Of a DNA stretch of 64,000 nt, positions 59,153 to 64,000 are shown in pieces (the first letter of the stretch is position 1; every line of letters starts with the position of its first letter). The notes beneath the pieces were generated by a model, which ran no database searches, was not told the DNA's origin, and saw only the letters and a list, made by a program, of their open reading frames with translations. The translations under genes were made by a program, and so were the position numbers. The DNA is from Candidatus Eiseniibacteriota bacterium (GTDB lineage: Bacteria > Eisenbacteria > RBG-16-71-46 > SZUA-252), in contig OY969801.1 of the NCBI GenBank assembly GCA_963703225.1, positions 224,001 to 288,000 of the forward strand. Direction: 5' to 3'.

Positions 59153-59661
59153 CACGGTGACTCCTTCGTGTCGTCTTGGGTCAAGGATCGAGTGGGCCGT
59201 CGCGGCGCCCACCAGCCGGTGAGCCTCGGGCTTCCGAGGAAGGCGGCGAGCCTGGTGTCGAACATCAAGAACGCGATCAGGCTCATGTTGACGATGGAGG
59301 CGACCACGACCGTGCGGATCAGCGGGATGTCTCCTCCAAATTCGGGCGGGCGCGAAATCAAGTAGGCGAGCACCGAGATCTCTCCCAGGAGCGCCAGCGC
59401 GACACCCCACGGCCGCGCCTCGCGTTTTCCCAGCCAGAGGGCGACCATCACGTAGAAGCTCCCTGCCGCAAGAACCGCGGAGAAGAGAATGCTCTGGACC
59501 GCGACGTGTAGCCCGTAGCCCTCGAGCAGCCCCCTTACCGCGCGGCCCCAAACGTAGAAGCCCGTTCCAATGACCCCGCGCAGGACTTCCTCAGCGCCTT
59601 TGATGGCCCAAAGCGCTGTGAGCGCGTAAACCTGCCATGGACGCTTGATGATCTTGCTCAC
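59152..59661 (-). CDS. Hypothetical membrane protein
   Basis: 169 aa, four hydrophobic segments, coupled to the cupin gene. Confidence 0.72.
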   Translation of the reverse strand: MSKIIKRPWQVYALTALWAIKGAEEVLRGVIGTGFYVWGRAVRGLLEGYGLHVAVQSILFSAVLAAGSFYVMVALWLGKREARPWGVALALLGEISVLAYLISRPPEFGGDIPLIRTVVVASIVNMSLIAFLMFDTRLAAFLGSPRLTGWWAPRRPTRSLTQDDTKESP

Positions 59662-59716
59662 AAGTTCTCCAGCCGAAAAATCTCCTCCACCGGCACGCCC
59701 AGCGCGCGGTGGATCG

Positions 59717-60202
59717 CTAAACGGGAGCCGCCACGGAGATCGTGGGCTCGTGGCGGACGGGAAAGTTCACCGAGTTGGCGATGAAGCACTCCTCGTGCGC
59801 TCGGCCGTGGAGTGCCATCGCCTTTTCGGGATCGGAGCCGCCGGCGATCGTGACCCGCGGCTTGAGCAGGACGTCGGTGAAGTGAAATCCGCGCTCAAAG
59901 CGCGACATGGTGCCGGCGGCATCGTCCTCGTACGAGATGACGTTGACCCCATGACGCGCGCAGAGAGCGACGTAGCTCAGGAAGTGGCAGATCGAGAGAG
60001 ACGCGACCAGAAGCTCCTCGGGGTTCGCGAGCGCGGGATCGCCCCGAAAGGCGGGCGCCGACGTCGCCTTGAGCGACGGCTTACCCGGGAAATCGACGCG
60101 GCACTCCCGCGAATAGGCGTCGTAACTCGTCGTCCCTCCCTTTGTGGCTCCGGTCCAGACGAGACGACACTCGAAATGATGCTGACGTTCCGATGCGCTC
60201 AT
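59717..60202 (-). CDS. OsmC family protein
   Basis: FRGD..NPEELLVASLSICH and AHEECFIANSV; ATG 60202 after AAGGAG. Confidence 0.92.
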   Translation of the reverse strand: MSASERQHHFECRLVWTGATKGGTTSYDAYSRECRVDFPGKPSLKATSAPAFRGDPALANPEELLVASLSICHFLSYVALCARHGVNVISYEDDAAGTMSRFERGFHFTDVLLKPRVTIAGGSDPEKAMALHGRAHEECFIANSVNFPVRHEPTISVAAPV

Positions 60203-60225
60203 CACCCTCTCCTTCGTTCGGCGCG

Positions 60226-61554
60226 TCAGGCCACCGCGGCGCGCGCGTCGGCATGCTCGGTGTTTCGATCGGTCGCCAGATCGATTCGCCGCCTCACATC
60301 CAGATAGCCCAGCGCGGCGAGAAACGCGATGCCCATGATCGTACCCCAAAGGATCATCGGCCTTCCCCGGGCAAGATCGAGAAGAATGCCGCCGACCAAG
60401 GGGCCCGCCGACCATCCGAAGGAGTTGAAGAGTCCGAAGACTCCCATGTAGCGGCCCCGCGTCGTCTCTCCCGAAAAGTTGGCGACGAGGTTGAGCGAGG
60501 GAGGCGTCGAGACGATCTCACCGATCGTCGTCACGAACATCGCCGTCGCCAAGAGCACGAAGCCGCCGCCCAACCCCATCATCCCGTACCCCAAGCCGTA
60601 AAACACGGCGCCCAACGCCAAGGCGCTCGTCAACCGAATCCTCCCGATCAAGCGGACCGCGGGAAATTGGAGAAAGACCACCATGAGGCCGTTCAGCGCA
60701 TAGATCACCCCCAGCTCCACTTTCGTCAGCCCCGCCCACTCGACCGCGTACACCGAAAGGGTCGAAATCAGCTGCGACATGACGGTAAAGAGCACGAGCG
60801 AGGTGAGGCAGTAGCGGAGAAAGACCGGATCCCGAAGCGTCTCCACGCTCTCACGAAATCCAAAGCTCCCTCCGCCCGTGGTCGGTCCCACCTCCGGTAC
60901 CCCGGTGGGGGCGGACGTGTCGGCGCTCTGCCGCGCTCGACGCCGGGGCGACGTCTCTTCCACCTTCAATGCCATCACCGCGGCCGCGGCGAGGAGAACT
61001 CCGGCCGCGATCAGGAAGAGCGTGGCGTAGGAGAGCGCCGCCAGGAAGCCGCCGATCGCCGGTCCCAGCGCCCAACCCAGATTCCCGCCGATGCGGATCA
61101 CGCCGTAGTACTCCGCGCGACGAGGACCCTCCGCGATGTCGGCGACCATCGCCCCCGAGGGCGGCTCGAACATCCTCCCCGCGATCGCGCTCAGTGAAGT
61201 GAGGATGGCGAAGACGAAGAATGGGGCGTGTACCATCACGGCCAGGCCCAAGCCCAGGAACGCGACGGCGCGCATGAGCTGCGACAGCACGAGCACAAAC
61301 TTTCGACCCCGCCGGTCGCTCCACTCTCCTCCAAGGACCTGGCCCAGGCCGCCGGCGAGCGCCGCCACGAAGAAGAGCCCCCCGACCATCGTCATCGACA
61401 CCCCGCGCGTGCCGTGGAGGTAGAGTCCCAGGAAGGGGATGACGATGGAGAACCCGACGGAGGAGAGAACGCGGCCGAGGAACAGATGGAGGAGCCGCCG
61501 GTCCCGCTGGAAGAGCGCGCGGCGCGGGAAAATCGTGTCGATCCAGCGAAGCAT
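60226..61554 (-). CDS. MFS transporter
   Basis: GEWSDRRGRK motif A, about 12 TM helices, RGRYMG. Confidence 0.92.
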   Translation of the reverse strand: MLRWIDTIFPRRALFQRDRRLLHLFLGRVLSSVGFSIVIPFLGLYLHGTRGVSMTMVGGLFFVAALAGGLGQVLGGEWSDRRGRKFVLVLSQLMRAVAFLGLGLAVMVHAPFFVFAILTSLSAIAGRMFEPPSGAMVADIAEGPRRAEYYGVIRIGGNLGWALGPAIGGFLAALSYATLFLIAAGVLLAAAAVMALKVEETSPRRRARQSADTSAPTGVPEVGPTTGGGSFGFRESVETLRDPVFLRYCLTSLVLFTVMSQLISTLSVYAVEWAGLTKVELGVIYALNGLMVVFLQFPAVRLIGRIRLTSALALGAVFYGLGYGMMGLGGGFVLLATAMFVTTIGEIVSTPPSLNLVANFSGETTRGRYMGVFGLFNSFGWSAGPLVGGILLDLARGRPMILWGTIMGIAFLAALGYLDVRRRIDLATDRNTEHADARAAVA

Positions 61555-61673
61555 GGCCAATCGTAGCACAACGCGTTAGGCTCTCCTGTCCGGCCGGATG
61601 GACCGGCCGGATCCGCCCGCCGAGACACGCGGCGCGCGGGATTACCGGGGGGTGTCCCAGTGAGGGCGGGCTC

Positions 61674-61970
61674 ATGCTCGGCGAGTTCAAGGCGTTCCTG
61701 GCAAAGCACAATGTCGTCGGGCTGGCGGTGGCGGTGGTGATCGGTGGGGCTGTCGGCAAGTTGGTGACCGCGCTCGTGACCGACCTCATCATGCCCGTCA
61801 TCGGCGCGCTCACGCCGAGCGGAAACTGGCGAGAAGCGACCCTCACGATCGGAAGCATCAAGTTCGGGATCGGCGACTTCGTGGGCTCCTTCATCGACTT
61901 CGTGATCATCGCGGCGGTGATCTTCCTGATCGTGAAGAACGTATTGAAGGACGAGCCCGTCAAGAAATAG
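61674..61970 (+). CDS. mscL: Large-conductance mechanosensitive channel
   Basis: EFKAFL...NVVGLAVAVVIGGA..KLV..LV.DLIMP. Confidence 0.93.
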   Translation: MLGEFKAFLAKHNVVGLAVAVVIGGAVGKLVTALVTDLIMPVIGALTPSGNWREATLTIGSIKFGIGDFVGSFIDFVIIAAVIFLIVKNVLKDEPVKK

Positions 61971-61976
61971 CTGCCT

Positions 61977-62978
61977 ATGACGCATGAACCCGTCGTCCGC
62001 ATGGACGACCTCTACCCATGGCGCCCGCCAGAGCGGACCGACGCGCTCCCGCACTACCCGGCGCGAGACAAGGTGCTCCCCCTGGGCGACGCGATCCGGC
62101 GTCACCTGCGGCCCGGGGCCACCGTCGCGCTGGGCACCTGCCTCGAGCAGATGATCCCGTTCGCGGCCACCCACGAGATCATTCGCCAGAAGATCGGCGA
62201 CCTCACGCTCGTCGGGCCCGTTTCCGACATCGTCTTCGACCAGCTGATCGGCGCCGGGCTGGTCCGGCGCGTCGCGGCCGCGTGGGTGGGGAACGTCATG
62301 ATGGGCTCTGCCTACTGCTTCCGCCGCGCCGTCGAGAAGGGCTCCCCCCGAGCGCTTGAGGTGGTCGAGTTCTCCAACTTCACGCTCGCGCAGGCGCTCC
62401 ACGCGGCCGCGATCGGCGCCCCGTTTCTCCCCACCCGAAGCGTCCTCGGCTCCGACCTCGTCGATCGAAATCCCTGGATCGTCCCGATCGAGGATCCGCT
62501 TCAGGGCGGGCCCATTCTCGCGGTGAAACCGATCCAGCCCGACCTGACGATCGTGCACGTCCAGCGCGCCGATCCGCACGGGAACGCGACGATGTGGGGG
62601 AGCCTCGGTATCACCGCGGATGCCGCGCGCGCCGCGCGGGCCGTGGTCGTAACGGCCGAGGAGATCGTCTCCCCGGAGCAGCTCCGCCGCGACCCGAATC
62701 GCGTCGTCGTCCCGGGGCTGGTCGTGGCCGCCGTCTGCGAGGCGCGCTGGGGCGCCCATCCGTCTCCGGTGCAGGGCTATTACCGCCGCGACCATGAGGC
62801 GTACGCCGGCTACCATCGCCGGACGAAGAGCGAAGACGGATACGCCGAGTGGCGGGCCGAATGGGTGGACGACGTGGCGGATCTGGCCGGCTACGTGGCC
62901 CGCGTCGGGAACGAGCGGGTTGCCTCCCTCATTCCCATGGAGCACCACTTTGCGGAGCCGGTCGATTATGGCTACTAG
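61977..62978 (+). CDS. Family I CoA-transferase subunit A (GctA-like)
   Basis: HEIIRQ, DQLIGAG, PFLPTRSVLGSD, HVQRAD.HGN, WGAHPS. Confidence 0.88.
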   Translation: MTHEPVVRMDDLYPWRPPERTDALPHYPARDKVLPLGDAIRRHLRPGATVALGTCLEQMIPFAATHEIIRQKIGDLTLVGPVSDIVFDQLIGAGLVRRVAAAWVGNVMMGSAYCFRRAVEKGSPRALEVVEFSNFTLAQALHAAAIGAPFLPTRSVLGSDLVDRNPWIVPIEDPLQGGPILAVKPIQPDLTIVHVQRADPHGNATMWGSLGITADAARAARAVVVTAEEIVSPEQLRRDPNRVVVPGLVVAAVCEARWGAHPSPVQGYYRRDHEAYAGYHRRTKSEDGYAEWRAEWVDDVADLAGYVARVGNERVASLIPMEHHFAEPVDYGY

Positions 62979-64000
62979 CGCGGCGGTTCCGACCGCGGCC
63001 GGCGCGGTTCGGGAACGTGTGGGGGAGCGGCGCGCGCCCGCGATCGTCTCGCCTCTCGTGCGGCCGGTCCCACGCGAATGGACACCGCTCGGCGCGCTCG
63101 CCGCGGTGGAGCAGCTTCCGCACGTGGTGTTTCTCGAGAGCGGGGGGCCGCTCGGCGAGGCCAGCGGCTGGACCATCCTCGCGTTCGATCCGCTCTGGCG
63201 GCTCGAGCTGCGCGACGCGGCGCTGCGGCGAATCGAAGGTGCTCGCTGGGAGGCGATTCCGGGGCACCCGCTGACGGCGCTCGCGTCTCTGTGGCCGGAG
63301 CGAGTCTCTTTCCAGCCGGCGCCGCCCATACCGTTTGCCACCGGCCTCGCCGGGTACCTCGGATACGACTTGAAGGACTGGATCGAGCGCTTTCCCAAGA
63401 AGGCGCGACGCGAGATCGACCTGCCCGATCTCTCGCTTGGCTTCTACGACGTGGTCTGGGCGTGGAATCGGGTCACCGGCGAGGCGTGGGTCGTCTCGAC
63501 CGGGCTGCCGGAAAGCGATCCTGGGCGCCGAAGCACCCGCGCCGGCGCTCGGCTCAGCGCGCAGTGGGAAGCGATCGAAGCGTCATTCGGACGCGGCGGG
63601 GGCGTCGGTGCGAACGCGCCAGTCCACGCCGAGGCAACGCCCCGGAGGGCGCCCGCGCACGCCGAGGGTGAGGCAGCGGCGCCCCACGACGGAACGGCTC
63701 CGCCGCTTGATCCTCGCGCCACCTCCAACTTCACGCGAGACGGCTATCTTCGCATGGTCGATCGCGCGCTCGAGCACATCGCCGCGGGGGACATCTATCA
63801 GGTCAACCTGGCGCAGCGCTTCTGGGTGGAGCGGGCGCCGGCGCTTCCAGCGCTCTATCGCTCCCTGCGCGAAATCTCACCGGCGCCGTTTCTGGCGTCT
63901 CTCTCGCTGCCCGGGGGAGGGATCGCCAGCTCTTCGCCGGAGCGGTTCTTTCGGATCGCGGGAGATCGAATCGAGACGTGGCCGATCAAGGGAACCCGGC
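62968..64000 (+). CDS. pabB: Aminodeoxychorismate synthase component I (partial, runs off window)
   Basis: Not in the ORF track (no stop). Frame from ATG 62968 gives FLES, GYLGYDL, GDIYQVNLAQRF, SSPERF and PIKGT (PabB-type rather than TrpE PIAGT). Confidence 0.85.
   Translation, partial: MATSAAVPTAAGAVRERVGERRAPAIVSPLVRPVPREWTPLGALAAVEQLPHVVFLESGGPLGEASGWTILAFDPLWRLELRDAALRRIEGARWEAIPGHPLTALASLWPERVSFQPAPPIPFATGLAGYLGYDLKDWIERFPKKARREIDLPDLSLGFYDVVWAWNRVTGEAWVVSTGLPESDPGRRSTRAGARLSAQWEAIEASFGRGGGVGANAPVHAEATPRRAPAHAEGEAAAPHDGTAPPLDPRATSNFTRDGYLRMVDRALEHIAAGDIYQVNLAQRFWVERAPALPALYRSLREISPAPFLASLSLPGGGIASSSPERFFRIAGDRIETWPIKGTR

Noticed and set aside
61590..61610. CCGGCCGG-N5-CCGGCCGG palindrome between MFS and mscL
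   Set aside because: Pure-GC low-complexity match expected by chance; no U-tract or second copy noticed

Overview
GC-rich bacterial chromosomal window with about 50 genes, probably from a metagenome assembly. The many FlgD-Ig/T9SS-like C-terminal domains suggest an FCB-related candidate lineage such as Ca. Eisenbacteria (inference only). I saw no rRNA, tRNA, CRISPR array or mobile element. Five genes carry reading-frame breaks that look like assembly indels. Main content: (1) three tandem secreted proteins (two paralogous beta-propellers) downstream of a sigma54 promoter, a structured leader and a terminator; (2) HDAC, atoE, a UvrD-nuclease fusion, trxA, and natAB-M24-hflX-M24-arfB; (3) an orphan solute-binding protein coupled to a hybrid histidine kinase; (4) a ~14 kb minus-strand run behind a near-perfect sigma54 promoter, linking an MshEN-domain PilB-like protein with a broken Walker A, pilT, and a putative synthase-dependent exopolysaccharide system (glycoside hydrolase, TPR/beta-barrel, HEAT protein, GT2), followed by an M6 protease; (5) archaeal-type topoisomerase VI; (6) a metal-uptake region with a CxxC/RAPP leader-peptide gene ahead of an ATPase-less Zn/Mn ABC module, and a Fur-boxed divergent iron locus (FTR1-imelysin fusion, di-heme peroxidase, porin, HMA-like protein); (7) fabL-like, cupin, OsmC, MFS, mscL, CoA-transferase A and a partial pabB. 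All calls come from motif reading; no searches were run.
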